A model generated the notes under the pieces. That model saw only the letters and a list, made by a program, of their open reading frames with translations. It had not been told where the DNA came from and searched no databases. From an uncultured delta proteobacterium (GTDB lineage: Bacteria > Desulfobacterota > WTBG01 > CAIYCZ01): a stretch of DNA of 64,000 nucleotides. The position numbers and the translations under genes were made by a program. The first letter of the stretch is position 1, and each line of letters starts with the position of its first letter. Shown piece after piece: positions 8,552 through 18,847 of this stretch. The DNA is taken from positions 64,001 to 128,000 of the forward strand of contig CAWDOY010000009.1 of assembly GCA_963803975.1 (NCBI GenBank), given 5' to 3'.

Positions 8552-9340
8552 ATGAAAAAGCTGCTATCTTTAATTTTATTAACTGCACTGGCAGTCGGCG
8601 TGCTTTACGCGGCAGCGCGTGCCCAGGACAAAAACAGTGAAGAGGCCGACACCTCGCATATGTTTCTGCAGGCTACCCAGGCATACAAGGACGGCGCTTT
8701 TGACAAGGCAGCCGCTCTTTATGAAAAGCTCCTGGCACAGGGCATTGTCAATGGCAGCATGTTCTACAATCTTGGCAACGCGTACCTGAAAGCCGGAAAG
8801 ATCGGCAAGGCGCTGGTTAACTACCGGCGCGCCGATATTTTTATGCCCCGCAATGAGGACCTGCAGGCAAACATCCAGTACACCCTGCAGCTCACAACCG
8901 ATAAAATTGAAGGCCGCGAGCCGTACGCGTATGCAAAAAACTTCTGCTTCTGGTACTCAAAGCTCAACGTCAGGGAGCTGGCCATCCTGTTTCTGATTTT
9001 CAATCTTATACTGTGGGGACTCGCCATAGCGCGGCTCTTTTATAGCGGGGAATATCTCTGGCTTGCTCTCTCTGTCTCCATAGCCTGCGCCATTCTGCTC
9101 GGCATATCCTCCGGTATTAAGCTGTATTCATTTTATTACAGCCCCACCGGTGTTGTCACGGCAAAGGAGATCACGGTCCGGTCCGGGGGCAGCCGTAATG
9201 ACACCGCCCTCTTCCAGCTCCATGAGGGAGCAGAGTTTGACTGGCTGGATGAAAGCAGCGGCTGGGTTAAAATCAAGCTGCGCGATGGGAAAAAAGGCTG
9301 GGTACAGAAAGATACCGTGGATAAGGTTGCCGTGGAGTGA
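8552..9340 (+). CDS. batE: BatE-like TPR/TM/SH3b protein
   Basis: YNLGNAY TPR, two TM helices, C-terminal VRSG..LFQLHEG..WVKI..GKKGWV. Confidence 0.85.
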   Translation: MKKLLSLILLTALAVGVLYAAARAQDKNSEEADTSHMFLQATQAYKDGAFDKAAALYEKLLAQGIVNGSMFYNLGNAYLKAGKIGKALVNYRRADIFMPRNEDLQANIQYTLQLTTDKIEGREPYAYAKNFCFWYSKLNVRELAILFLIFNLILWGLAIARLFYSGEYLWLALSVSIACAILLGISSGIKLYSFYYSPTGVVTAKEITVRSGGSRNDTALFQLHEGAEFDWLDESSGWVKIKLRDGKKGWVQKDTVDKVAVE

Positions 9341-9393
9341 GCGCTTTTCGGGCAGTAAACATCTCAGGATGACGGCAGAAGAAATGGCACTGC

Positions 9394-9435
9394 TTAAAAA
9401 GGGGTAACGCGATGGAAAGCGTTACCCCTTTTTAA
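9394..9435. terminator. Bidirectional terminator
   Basis: aaaaaggggtaacgc...gcgttaccccttttt between convergent genes. Confidence 0.85.
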
Positions 9436-9479
9436 TTAAATATTAACGTATCTGCAAGCCTTACCGGCTATGAGGTTTT

Positions 9480-10191
9480 TTAGTCATCCTGACGGTCCTC
9501 GCCCCAGATACCGAACAAAAGGTAGTCGCAATACGTTACGTTGACGGCAGTGAACACGTAGAAAAGAAGTGCCAGACCACGCATGATGGTGCGGTCACTT
9601 TCATATTTTGCAATAAGAGACGAATCCGGTACAGCTTCTCCCTCCTCAGCGCAGATATAGTATGTCTGGTATATGGCAAATGATGTGAATAAAGAAGCCA
9701 GCCAGAAGTCGAGATACATTAACACGCAATCATATCTTCCGGGAAATAAACCAGATAGTCCACAAAATAGATAAACGATACCAGCGAAACAGCCCAGAAT
9801 TCAAGCGATGCAAATGTCCAGGGGGTTAAACAGCCGGGGGCAACCGGATCAGTGACAGCCGCCAGCCTGATCAAATTGTCTTTGATCATTTGCTTAATTT
9901 CATCTGCAGGCTTGATGCCTTTGGCCCTTTCAAGAAGCAGGGAGAACGCTTCGTCATTAGTGCTCCATCAAGGCCAGAAGCTCCAGTGCCGCGCGCTGCA
10001 CAGCCTGCGCATCAGGCGCCTGATTATTTTTCAATGCAGGCAGCTGCAAACGGAGAAATTGCAGCAAGTTTCTCCACAAGCTCTTTCTCATCCAGGACCG
10101 GCATTTTATTTCCCTGTGCAGCCAGGGCCGTGCTGAAGGGTATGAGTACCATTAATAATGAAACATAGGTGGCGATGCATTTTTTAAACAT
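9480..10191 (-). CDS. Hypothetical exported/membrane protein, frameshifted
   Basis: Starts MFKKCIATYVSLLMVLIPFSTALAAQ (signal peptide); the frame breaks, and a hydrophobic C-terminal ORF occupies 9480-9725. Confidence 0.35.
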
Positions 10192-10455
10192 GGTTCTTTC
10201 CTTTCGATCAAAAATAGTTACCTTCAGGGATTAATTTATTTATTATTTCTAATGGCACAATAAAGCCGGCTTCTCAGCATACCTCCTTTCAATCTCTATT
10301 GCTTCCATTTTTTAGTGTTTTTATACCCGTGGAAAAGTCTGTTTTGTATGAGGTATTACTATATCATGAGATTGAAAGTTGTTCAATTATTTTAAAGCAT
10401 TATTTTAAAGTTCTTAACTTGACACGACACAGCAATTCAGATATTCTTTTTTACA

Positions 10456-10620
10456 GCCAGGTAACCCGCACGGGTTTTAATAGGGAAGATGGTGCGACTC
10501 CATCGCGGACCCGCCGCTGTAACCGGGGACGAAAGCCATGAGAAAGCCACTGTGCCGTATAGCGGCACGGGAAGGAATGGCGAGTAGACTGATCCGGAAG
10601 CCAGAAGACCTGCCGGCAGC
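10456..10620 (+). ncRNA. Cobalamin (B12) riboswitch
   Basis: AATAGGGAA, GGTG..ACTCC, CCCGCCGCTGTAA, GCCACTG, GGGAAGG and AGCCAGAAGACCTGCC B12-box. TTGACA lies upstream at 10419. Confidence 0.95.
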
Positions 10621-10686
10621 ACAGAGACCGCTATCCGTCGTGGAACACGGGCAGCTTTCAATGCACACATCAGGATGAAAAACGGC

Positions 10687-10723
10687 ATCCCCTGATCTCT
10701 CACGCGAGGTCAGGGGATTTTTT
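10687..10723 (+). terminator. Terminator downstream of the B12 riboswitch
   Basis: atcccctgatctc...gaggtcaggggattttt. Confidence 0.75.
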
Positions 10724-10753
10724 GTCTTTAAATCTGTTTCCCGGAGCACCGGA

Positions 10754-11205
10754 TATGCTGCTTGCGCACATCAGCACTTGGATGGTAAAAAGACGGCTCG
10801 GCAAAATCGCCTATTGCTTTACCGGCTTTCCTGCGCTCTCCTGTCGATGCAGCGGCGATTACGGGATATATGTCAACATCCCGTTCTGTCACAGCCGCTG
10901 CACCTTCTGTCCGTTTTACAAGGAGCTGTACCGGGAGGACCTGAAAAACCGCTATGTCACGGCACTGGCAGAGGAAATAAAGACCGCGGATATTTCCGGC
11001 ACTCCCTGGTTCATCTATTTCGGGGGCGGCACACCCAACGTGCTCAGCACTGAGGACCTGTCCGCTATCGTTGGCGCGCTGCGGGAAAAAATCACCATTC
11101 GCGACATGGGCATCGAGCTGAGCCCTGCTCTGCTCACGCCGGACTACATCCGCTGCCTGCGCAGCCTCGGCTTTTCCAAGATAAGCATCGGCATCCAGAG
11201 TTTTT
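10754..11205 (+). pseudogene. HemN-like radical SAM, N-terminal fragment only
   Basis: IYVNIPFCHSRCTFCPF, YFGGGTP, KISIGIQSF, then an abrupt switch to CbiQ-like sequence. Confidence 0.75.
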
Positions 11206-12330
11206 CCACCACGCCCAGGCGGCTCTGCCGGTGCTGCGAAACCTTAAAGTACCCAAACTCATGGTTGAACTGATGGGCCTTGTCTGCGGGTATATCTTTG
11301 TTCGGGACTGCCGATGCCATGTATACCGCGCAGTCTTCACTGCGGGATACACAACATGTGAGCTCCGGATACCGCTCACTTTCAGGCATTGCATCATCCC
11401 TGTTCATCCGTTCCTACAAGCGGGGGCACGACCTGTATAGTGCCCTCGAAGCAGGGGGTATGACGGCGAGATCAATGTGCTGGAGCAACACTATCGGCCC
11501 GTACCGTGGAAATATGCTGCGGTAATTTTCTACGAATGCGCCTGGTAGCAGCTGCAGTAATGCTGATCTTACAGGGGAGCAGCTGATTGGCAATGTCATC
11601 CAGGAAGCGCAGCATCTCTTACCGTATCGACGGCACGTACGCGCGGAAAGCCATCAGGGTAAAATTGCGCAGGGGCAGAAGATCGCTGTGCTAGGATCAC
11701 TCGGGCAGCGAAATTGACGCTCTTTCTGAATTTAACGGGGTTTTGAGGCCGCAGAACGGACAGCTTCTTTGCAAGGGACGCGACGTAGAATACAAGCGGC
11801 AGGTCTCACCGAGCTTCGCAAAAGCGTGGCATTGCGGTTCAGGACCCTGACGCGCAGCTTTTTTCCGCCAGCGTGTACCAGGAGGTTTCATTCGGCGCTA
11901 TGAATATGACAGCTTCCCGAAGCTGTGGTGCGCAGGCGCGTGGATGCAGCGCTGTGCAGTACGATATCTTCCACTGACAGATGAAGCGACTATTCCTGAG
12001 CTACGGCGAAAAAGGTGTTTCGATTGCCGATATCCTGGTCATGGAACCTGAAATCAGCATCTTTGACGAACCCACTGCGTGCGGCCTGCAACACTCTGCA
12101 GACATGGAATTCAGCGAACTGAAAAAGGGAGGACGCTGCTCGCCCACCCATGGTGAGAAAAACCGTGATGGAGGAAGCTGTTTATCAAATGGTGTCGCGA
12201 AGGCTCATCAGCCAGGAGAAAGTTTATCAGATTTTGAAAAACTGCTGCGGAATACAGGTCTTGAAAAACCCTGCTTTGGAAATCTATGCAAAGCGCGAAA
12301 TCCGGGGCATCCATGAATCTGCACGGCCGC
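11205..12330 (+). pseudogene. Degraded cobalt ECF transporter cbiQ (C-terminal half) and cbiO
   Basis: Fragments TTP..LRNLKVPKLMVE..YIF, SLFIRSY..LYSALEA and LSYGEK.VSIA.ILVMEPE..IFDEPTA lie in several frames with stops. Confidence 0.65.
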
Positions 12331-12407
12331 CAAAAACAAAAGACCGGCTTTTTGCAATGGCAGGAAATGGTGCACCCGTGCTGCGGTAATTTTGTGTCAG
12401 CGCTGTT

Positions 12408-14539
12408 TTATTTCGTCGGCGTCAGGAGGTAGCTGTTCACATCCTCAATCCACTTCCATTCTGTTCCTTCACCACTATCAATCACCGCGGTAAAGTCAAG
12501 CTGCGCAGGATGCTCGCCATCAATGACCAGGGTGCTCGTTGACGGCCGCAGTACGGGAAGCAGATGGGGAAAGTCCGAGGCTGAGATGCTTACGCGCACC
12601 CGGTGCCCGGCCTTGAACACGCAGTCCATGGGCCAGAGCTCAATCGCGTACGGGTAAAGCTCTCCGGCTTTTATGGGCCGGGGATTTTTATCCGGCATGT
12701 CATAGAACGGGTCAAAGGGCGTATAGGACGGATCAGTGCGGTGCTCGGTCGCCACGAGGAAGTTCACGCCGGGTCATAGGGCCGGTGCCAGGCGCTGAGC
12801 CATCCGGAGGTGATATTTTTTGCCCTGCCGTCGGGAAACACATCGTTTACTTCTATCACCCACTGCACATCCTCCCGGTCCATGAGATCAAGAAGCGAGG
12901 TTGGTATCGACATTGAATATTTTTTTTATCAGCCCAATGGTCTTCTGCACCGCCTCCTGCTTGAGCGGCCGGTCAAAGGCGGTGCGCGCCCAGAAGGAGA
13001 GCAGCAGCGGGCCGGCTATTTCCAGGTCCTGCTGCAGCGGCTCGGTGGTGAAGGTAAGAACTCCTGTTTCATCCCGGCGCTCATCGATGAAGGCATCCTG
13101 CCAGGTGGTGGACATGCGGCCGCCCCATCGCACCTGCGAGCGCGACTGTTTCGCCGTGCAGCCGGTCAGGATTATGAATCAGCACGGGCGTGTCTTCACC
13201 GGCATCAAGGCCGGAAACATTTTCTGACAGCAAATAATTAAAGTCGCTGTTTGCGACTGAGAACCAGTCATTCTGAATCATGGAGGGCTTCTGCCTGGTG
13301 AGGAATAACGTCTGGCTCTTGAGGCGCGCGGCAGGAAGCGGCCAGGATTTTTCCGCGCGCCACTTCTCCGCTCCCATCACGTACAGCAGCACCGGAAACT
13401 CTGCCATGAACGGGTCGGCAACCCCTTTTATCTTCCAGTCAAACCACCGCGCCTGAATGCTGCCTTCCATGAAGCCGTCGATGCCGCTCCAGAGCGCGCC
13501 GTCGCCGTGGTACCAGGGGCCCACGACAAGTGACTTGTCCGCTGCCGCGTGTTGTGACAGCCCGAAGGAATAATTGTTGAGCGTGCCGCGCAGGAACAGG
13601 TCAAACCACCCGCTGGCAAGAAAAACCGGGAGCTTTTCCGGTATAACAAAATCACCCTGCAGAAAATCCCAGCCTGCCGCAGGCTTTTCCGGCCAGTAGA
13701 TCATGGGGGACCGTGTTTCATAGAACAGGCCGTCCTGCGCGTGTTCGTAATCCATGATCCAGCCAAGGTGCGTTGCTATCTGCTCGCGGTGGCTCTGCTC
13801 AATGGCCGCTGCTTCTTCAAGCACGTCCTCGTCCGGAAACAGCCCCGCGTCTTCAAGCAGCAGCGGGGTTTTGAGGGCGCCCATGTCAATCCCGAATATC
13901 CAGATGGGTATAAACCCGAGATCAAGATTTCCGCCCTGCATCACAATGTCCCGGTACGCGTCACTCAGGGTCTCTATGGGCATGATGGCTTTCAGGTGCA
14001 GCGGCACGCCGCTCTCATCCCGTGCGACCCGTCCGGCTGCCAGCATCTGGATAATGCCGCAGTAGGACGGCCCGATCATGCCCACCCTGCCGTCAGACCA
14101 GCTCTGCAGGGGAATCCACTCATCGATAATGTGAACAATATCATTCTGCTCGACAAGATCAAACGATACCCACTGGCCCGCAGAAGACCCGGTGCCGCGG
14201 ATGTCAACCACCATGACCGTGTATTCATGACTGAGCAGGTTTTCAACGTAGGGCAGGAAATATTCCCTGCGGTAGGGAGTGGCAAGCAGTATGACCGGCA
14301 GCTTTTTGTCCGGGATCAGGCCGGATAATGGTTGCCCACAGATCAGTTGCGGGCTGGTCTTTGAAACCGGGAACCGGTATGCGCACGTTCAGGTCCAGGA
14401 CATAATTTACCAGTCCGCGCTCATTGAGCCGCTCCCGTATCTTGCGCTCGACGCCGGAAGAAAGGTTAAGCGCAGACGCAGGGGCAGCAGCTGCTCCCGT
14501 GATGATAATGGCTATGAGATAAAGATACAATTTGCGCAT
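12408..14539 (-). CDS. Secreted CocE/NonD family hydrolase (split into four ORFs by frameshifts)
   Basis: Signal peptide, VDIRGTGSSAG, GMIGPSY, ASGWFD, VGPWYHG, FTTEPL, FKAGHRVRVSIS..DFPH. Confidence 0.85.
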
Positions 14540-14648
14540 GGACGTATATACGCAGCAGGATAATTGAACAGAGCCGGGCAGTAATGCGGCCGGCGTCACT
14601 GAGCCTGCCTGAATCACCGGCGGGTTGTCCGCATAGCGGATGTGCCTG

Positions 14649-15683
14649 TTACCGGGGACTGCCGGAGAGCAGAAGGTTAAGTGCCGGCACCATAATGTGC
14701 AGCCCGTATTGGGCAATAATTTTTATTACAGGGCTTTCATTAAAAAGGGCGGTTAATTGTTCTCCTTTTTTGTAATACAGTTTTATGAGATCCCTGCCCA
14801 TCGAACTTTTAGCCAGCACCGTGTCCCGTATATGCCGCATTGCTGCAAGCTGTGGATTGCCCTCTCCCAGCAGAGCAGTCGCCGCACAAATCCGCCGAAA
14901 CTGTTTAAGGAAATCTACCGTGCTCGATAGTATCCGGCACTGCTGTTCCTGCCTGGTAATGCCCGGAGAGTTATCGCCCGGCTGCACCGGCGCCGGGTAG
15001 GTGTCATACCAGCCGAACTGGGTATGATTGCCGCCTTCAATTGCCACGAACTCGGTATCCGGCGGCAGGTCTGCCCGGGATGCTTCAATTTTAGCGGGAG
15101 TGGCCAGACCATCGTCAGTCCCGGAAATAGATATAACTTTCAGGTCTTTGTCCCTGAGACTGAAGACCGGGGATGGATAGGCTGCCCACAGGACGACCCC
15201 TTTAACCTTGTCGGTGAAATCTTTAGCATACGAACACGCCATGGTCCCTCCCAGGGAATGGCCGCCTATGACCCATGTTTCAATGCTCTGGTAATCATTT
15301 ATTACTACATTAGCCCGTTCAGGGCTCAGAATTGCAAGGTCCCCAACCATCTTTACAATCACGGCCAGATACCCTTGCGCTGCAATGGCCTGCATGGTCG
15401 GGGCATATGAACGCGGATCAACATAAGCGCCGGGATAAAAGATAAAACCGGTTTTGGGATTCTTATCTTTTGGCGCAAAGGCATAATAAAAATTTGAACC
15501 CTCCGGCCACTCCGGCACGATTACCGTTTTTACCGTAACCTTGCAGGTGGATTCCAACGCCTCCACCGCCTCCGGCAGCGGGGGGAAGCTTGCCGGCGTT
15601 TCATCGGCAGCCCCGGGAGTGCCCGCGCCAAATAAGAGAAGCAGCAGAGCTAAAAAAGCACCAGCGAAATTTTTTGTCTTCAT
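14649..15683 (-). CDS. Secreted alpha/beta hydrolase with C-terminal CFI-box-like domain
   Basis: FYPGA.VDP..Y, GGHSLGG, G.DDG, IEGGNH.QFG.Y; tail CAATALLG...RDTVL...G..LIKLYY. Confidence 0.85.
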   Translation of the reverse strand: MKTKNFAGAFLALLLLLFGAGTPGAADETPASFPPLPEAVEALESTCKVTVKTVIVPEWPEGSNFYYAFAPKDKNPKTGFIFYPGAYVDPRSYAPTMQAIAAQGYLAVIVKMVGDLAILSPERANVVINDYQSIETWVIGGHSLGGTMACSYAKDFTDKVKGVVLWAAYPSPVFSLRDKDLKVISISGTDDGLATPAKIEASRADLPPDTEFVAIEGGNHTQFGWYDTYPAPVQPGDNSPGITRQEQQCRILSSTVDFLKQFRRICAATALLGEGNPQLAAMRHIRDTVLAKSSMGRDLIKLYYKKGEQLTALFNESPVIKIIAQYGLHIMVPALNLLLSGSPR

Positions 15684-15750
15684 ATAAGTCCTCAGTACAA
15701 GGGTTACAGGTGTTCTGCTGCGGGGTCTCACGCGCCTCTCTCAAAGAAAA

Positions 15751-15778
15751 ACAGCCTGCCCTTTGCGAGGCAGGCTGT
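15751..15778 (-). terminator. Terminator hairpin
   Basis: acagcctgcc...gcaggctgt with an A-run on its left (U-tract on the minus strand). Confidence 0.6.
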
Positions 15779-15788
15779 ACCGCGCAAT

Positions 15789-16214
15789 TTATAATTCAAT
15801 GGCTTCCTGCTTATGAGCTGCGTAATCGAGCAGGACCACTTTTTTCGGGACAATCCTGATAAGCACGTAGGCGGGGTCCGTGGGCCCGGTCTTCCAGTAC
15901 GCGGTCCACTTCTCCTTCCAGTACTGCTTGCGGGTTGCGTCATCGGTGACGATTTCAGCTTTTCCCAGAGCTGAAACGCTGCTGTGGTCAGCGGGGCGGT
16001 AGACAAACACGCTGGCGCTGGGATTTTTCTTGATTTCCTTCAGCTTGTTTGACTGGGCGCCGGTGGCAAAGTAGAACACCAGGTCCTCTTTGAGCGGCAG
16101 GTTTTCCATCATCCTGCCCTTGGGTATCCCGTTCTCGTCAATGGTGATAAGATTTGAGTACTGATAGGTTCCCACGAACTCCACAATCTGTTTACGCAAT
16201 CCTTCCTGAGCCAT
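15789..16214 (-). CDS. Pyridoxamine 5'-phosphate oxidase-like / general stress protein 26
   Basis: LITIDENG.P..R.M, FAT...S.K..EI..NP, G.AEIV.D, YW..GP.DP.Y.LI; AGGAGG RBS. Confidence 0.85.
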   Translation of the reverse strand: MAQEGLRKQIVEFVGTYQYSNLITIDENGIPKGRMMENLPLKEDLVFYFATGAQSNKLKEIKKNPSASVFVYRPADHSSVSALGKAEIVTDDATRKQYWKEKWTAYWKTGPTDPAYVLIRIVPKKVVLLDYAAHKQEAIEL

Positions 16215-16292
16215 ACTGAATCCTCCTGTTAATATTATTTTTCTACAGTCAGTTCCTGACTAACCCGTTCTCTCTGCACGTTTCCTGATTGT

Positions 16293-16673
16293 TTAAACTC
16301 CGGTAAACAGCTCGTGTACCTGGAGCAGACGATTAAGCTTTTTATCAAGTGACCAAATCTGTGCATTATTTCTGCGAGCTGCACATACTATTGCAGCATC
16401 AATTAAACCCACACCTCTTGCAGTCAGTTTATGTTCTGAAGAGTACTGCCCAGCCTCAATCCAGATACCCTGTTCATCTCCTTTGGGAATATTGTGCCAA
16501 TATGATTTAATTATCTCTCGTTCCTTTTTATTGAGAGCGCCCTGCAAGAGTTCTCCAAAAATACATTCGACCCCCAGAACCTGCCGGTTTTCGAGGAGCG
16601 CTTCTAGAAGAAAAAATATCGGGGAGTTGTGCTTGAGAAATTCAATCCAGACAGAAGTATCAACAATAATCAT
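16293..16673 (-). CDS. vapC: VapC/PIN domain toxin
   Basis: IIVDTSVWIEFL, ELLQG, GLIDAAI, WSLDK; overlaps the antitoxin stop codon. Confidence 0.9.
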   Translation of the reverse strand: MIIVDTSVWIEFLKHNSPIFFLLEALLENRQVLGVECIFGELLQGALNKKEREIIKSYWHNIPKGDEQGIWIEAGQYSSEHKLTARGVGLIDAAIVCAARRNNAQIWSLDKKLNRLLQVHELFTGV

Positions 16674-16885
16674 CGTTTTCGATTTAAGGCGCGAACATTT
16701 GTTGCTGAATAATCTGCTTTGAATTTCAGCGGGGTTTTCTCGATGGATTTATTTAATGCTTTTATTTTTTTAAGGCACACCCATTCATTTAACGCCACAA
16801 CGAGACTATCGGTCAAAGTCTTACCGGGCGCGTGGTGCCTTATTTCATTGATTATTTTATCAGGGATTAATGCAGTAACCTTCAT
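16670..16885 (-). CDS. VapB/DUF2191-like antitoxin
   Basis: MKVTALIPDKII.E....GKTLT..L..AL.EW; 4-nt overlap with the PIN gene. Confidence 0.8.
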   Translation of the reverse strand: MKVTALIPDKIINEIRHHAPGKTLTDSLVVALNEWVCLKKIKALNKSIEKTPLKFKADYSATNVRALNRKR

Positions 16886-16892
16886 ACGATAA

Positions 16893-16921
16893 AGCATACG
16901 ATACAGATTCGTATCTGTCAA
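16893..16921 (-). promoter_or_regulatory. Sigma70 promoter of the vapBC pair, probably leaderless, with repeats
   Basis: TTGACA-17-TATGCT, ATG 7 nt downstream; TATCGTATG occurs twice. Confidence 0.65.
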
Positions 16922-16962
16922 TCAGTTTTAGAATTCCTTCAATTCACGCCCCTGAAGCACCA

Positions 16963-16992
16963 CGGGCAGCGGCCCTTTAAGACCGCTGCCCG
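16963..16992. terminator. GC-rich hairpin
   Basis: cgggcagcgg/ccgctgcccg 10-bp stem; no clear U-tract. Confidence 0.35.
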
Positions 16993-17170
16993 GTAAACTG
17001 CAATCTATGTATTCAGATATAATGCCAGGATAATGTCAATACTTTATTACGATTGCCTGACCCTCTGTGCTCCCTGACAAGAAGAGACTGACTTCTTTTG
17101 GAAAGCATAAGTGGCGGGCAAAAAAATGATAGCAGGAAAATGCAGGGACATCCCGTATAAAAAATTCTTT

Positions 17171-17584
17171 CTAACTCTGCATTATCTGCGGCTCTTTCGC
17201 AGCACGGCGATACGACAGGCTTCGCTCAATACGCAGCATTTCATCTTCATACTGACGGCAGGTGAGTGAAAAAAAGGACAGATATGCTTCCTCATTCCTG
17301 CAGGCAAGCCGCCGTCCGGAAAGCGCTTCAAATGCAAGAATCGGATCGCTGGTGTTCAGTACGACAATATCAATATTGTCATACTGAAGCGCGTCCTGGC
17401 ACAGCCCGACAACCTCAGCCAGCATATCAGGTGTTGGCCGCTCGGAGAGGTGCACCGCAATATCTATGTCAGCAGTATCCCTGATAAGAATGCCATCTTG
17501 AGACGAACCGAACAGCAGTGCAAAGTCTATCTTATTATGCTGCTGCAGGGCAGTCCCCAGCGCTTCGATACTAAATTCCCTCAT
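17171..17584 (-). CDS. Minimal nucleotidyltransferase (MntA-like)
   Basis: FALLFGS......DIDIAV, IDIVVLN..DP.L.FE. Confidence 0.85.
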   Translation of the reverse strand: MREFSIEALGTALQQHNKIDFALLFGSSQDGILIRDTADIDIAVHLSERPTPDMLAEVVGLCQDALQYDNIDIVVLNTSDPILAFEALSGRRLACRNEEAYLSFFSLTCRQYEDEMLRIERSLSYRRAAKEPQIMQS

Positions 17585-17683
17585 ACTTAAATTGCTCCAA
17601 TGAAACAGGGAAATATTCCTGCAGTTTCGTTATAATTGCAAATGATTATAGGGTATAATATCGAAAAAAGTAAACATAATTTT

Positions 17684-17745
17684 AGGGGTTAGGGGGCGGA
17701 AGGCGGGGTTAGGGGTTAGGGGTTCGTGTTTCGTGCATCGGGGCA
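17684..17745 (+). repeat. Solo arm of 7-nt repeats (AGGGGTT)
   Basis: aggggtt units decaying to cgtgttt/cgtgcat. Confidence 0.6.
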
Positions 17746-18242
17746 CTGGTCACCCGTCCTCTGATCCGCATCCCGAAGCCTTACGGAGGTTGGACGAGCC
17801 ACAATTCAATGAAGCGGGGGCTCTCACTGCGGGCGGCCGGGGCCGTCTTCTTTGTCAGCGGCGCGACGTTCACCATACTTTGCTATGCAATACCCTGCGA
17901 AGGTAATCAGCGCGGCAAAGGCAATAATTAAAATGCAGATTAGTGCGATGGCGAGAATCAAGCGTAATTGTGTGCCAGTTAAAAATCGTATGGCGGCCGG
18001 GTGCACAGTCCTTGCTCATCCCGGACTCCCCTGTGTTCATAACAGAATGACACTGTTTGTCAAGAAACCGGACATGCGCCCGCATTTTCACTTCACGGGA
18101 TTACGGGCAATTAAAAAACACCGTCTATTAAATTTAAAAGCAAAAAAGCTCCCGCCAGCGAACACGCTGGTAGAAGCTTTCAATTTTTTCTTTCTGTACA
18201 TTCCCCCGCTGTTCGCGGCTAACGAACCGGTGGCCCGTGTTC

Positions 18243-18476
18243 TTACTTTGTCATATTTTTATAGAGGGCAAAATGCGTGGGACAGGTACAGATGTGCTGT
18301 TCTCCGTAAAAAATCCGGTAGGGGCAGTCGCTGTTTCTTTTATTGACAAAAAGCTCCTCGTCGCCGGCCTTGCCGCAGGCTTCGCACGCCCCGTGCCCGG
18401 TTGACAGGCAGGACAATCCCTTGTGGCACTTGACTGTTTTTTTGAGGACTTCTTCCGGTACCAGTTGTTTCATCAT
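18243..18476 (-). CDS. Small Cys-rich hypothetical protein
   Basis: GAGGAGG RBS; C..C..CxxC..CPY..CTCP. Confidence 0.6.
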   Translation of the reverse strand: MMKQLVPEEVLKKTVKCHKGLSCLSTGHGACEACGKAGDEELFVNKRNSDCPYRIFYGEQHICTCPTHFALYKNMTK

Positions 18477-18528
18477 CCCTCCCTCTTCTTTCATCAGCAG
18501 TCAGCGGGAAGGCTACAGGCATTGAGCC

Positions 18529-18563
18529 GGGATTGCCGCGTCGCCTTCGCGCCTCGCAATGAC
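18529..18563. repeat. REP-like element gattgccgcg...ctcgcaatgac
   Basis: Same motif recurs at about 40060-40085. Confidence 0.6.
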
Positions 18564-18847
18564 CGTATAAATAATAAAAGTTGTAAGCATTTATATCAAA
18601 CCTCAGTTCAATGTAAACAAAAAATTGCGCTCCGCCGGCCATCAGCTTGAATCTATCCGCTTTCAGAAATAAGCTATTAGAATAAAGGCTTTCAATGCAG
18701 GCTTGCCGGCTCACATAAAATCAGAAATACAGGATACCAGAACGCTGCGGCTTTCCTTTTTTTTACCCCTTTTACCTTGACTAAAAATAAAAGTTACGAT
18801 AGTGTGAAATCTTTTAATTTCTATCAGGTCTGCAGCCATATTTCCCT

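Noticed and set aside
16930..17040. Small RNA driven by TTGACA at 17039-17034 (minus strand)
   Set aside because: No -10 box at proper spacing; only a hairpin supports it.
17684..17730. Telomere-like TTAGGGG run or G-quadruplex
   Set aside because: Few degenerate units; better explained as a solo arm of the 7-nt array family.
17750..18006. Structured RNA or 60-aa membrane peptide
   Set aside because: No recognisable motif, RBS or family.
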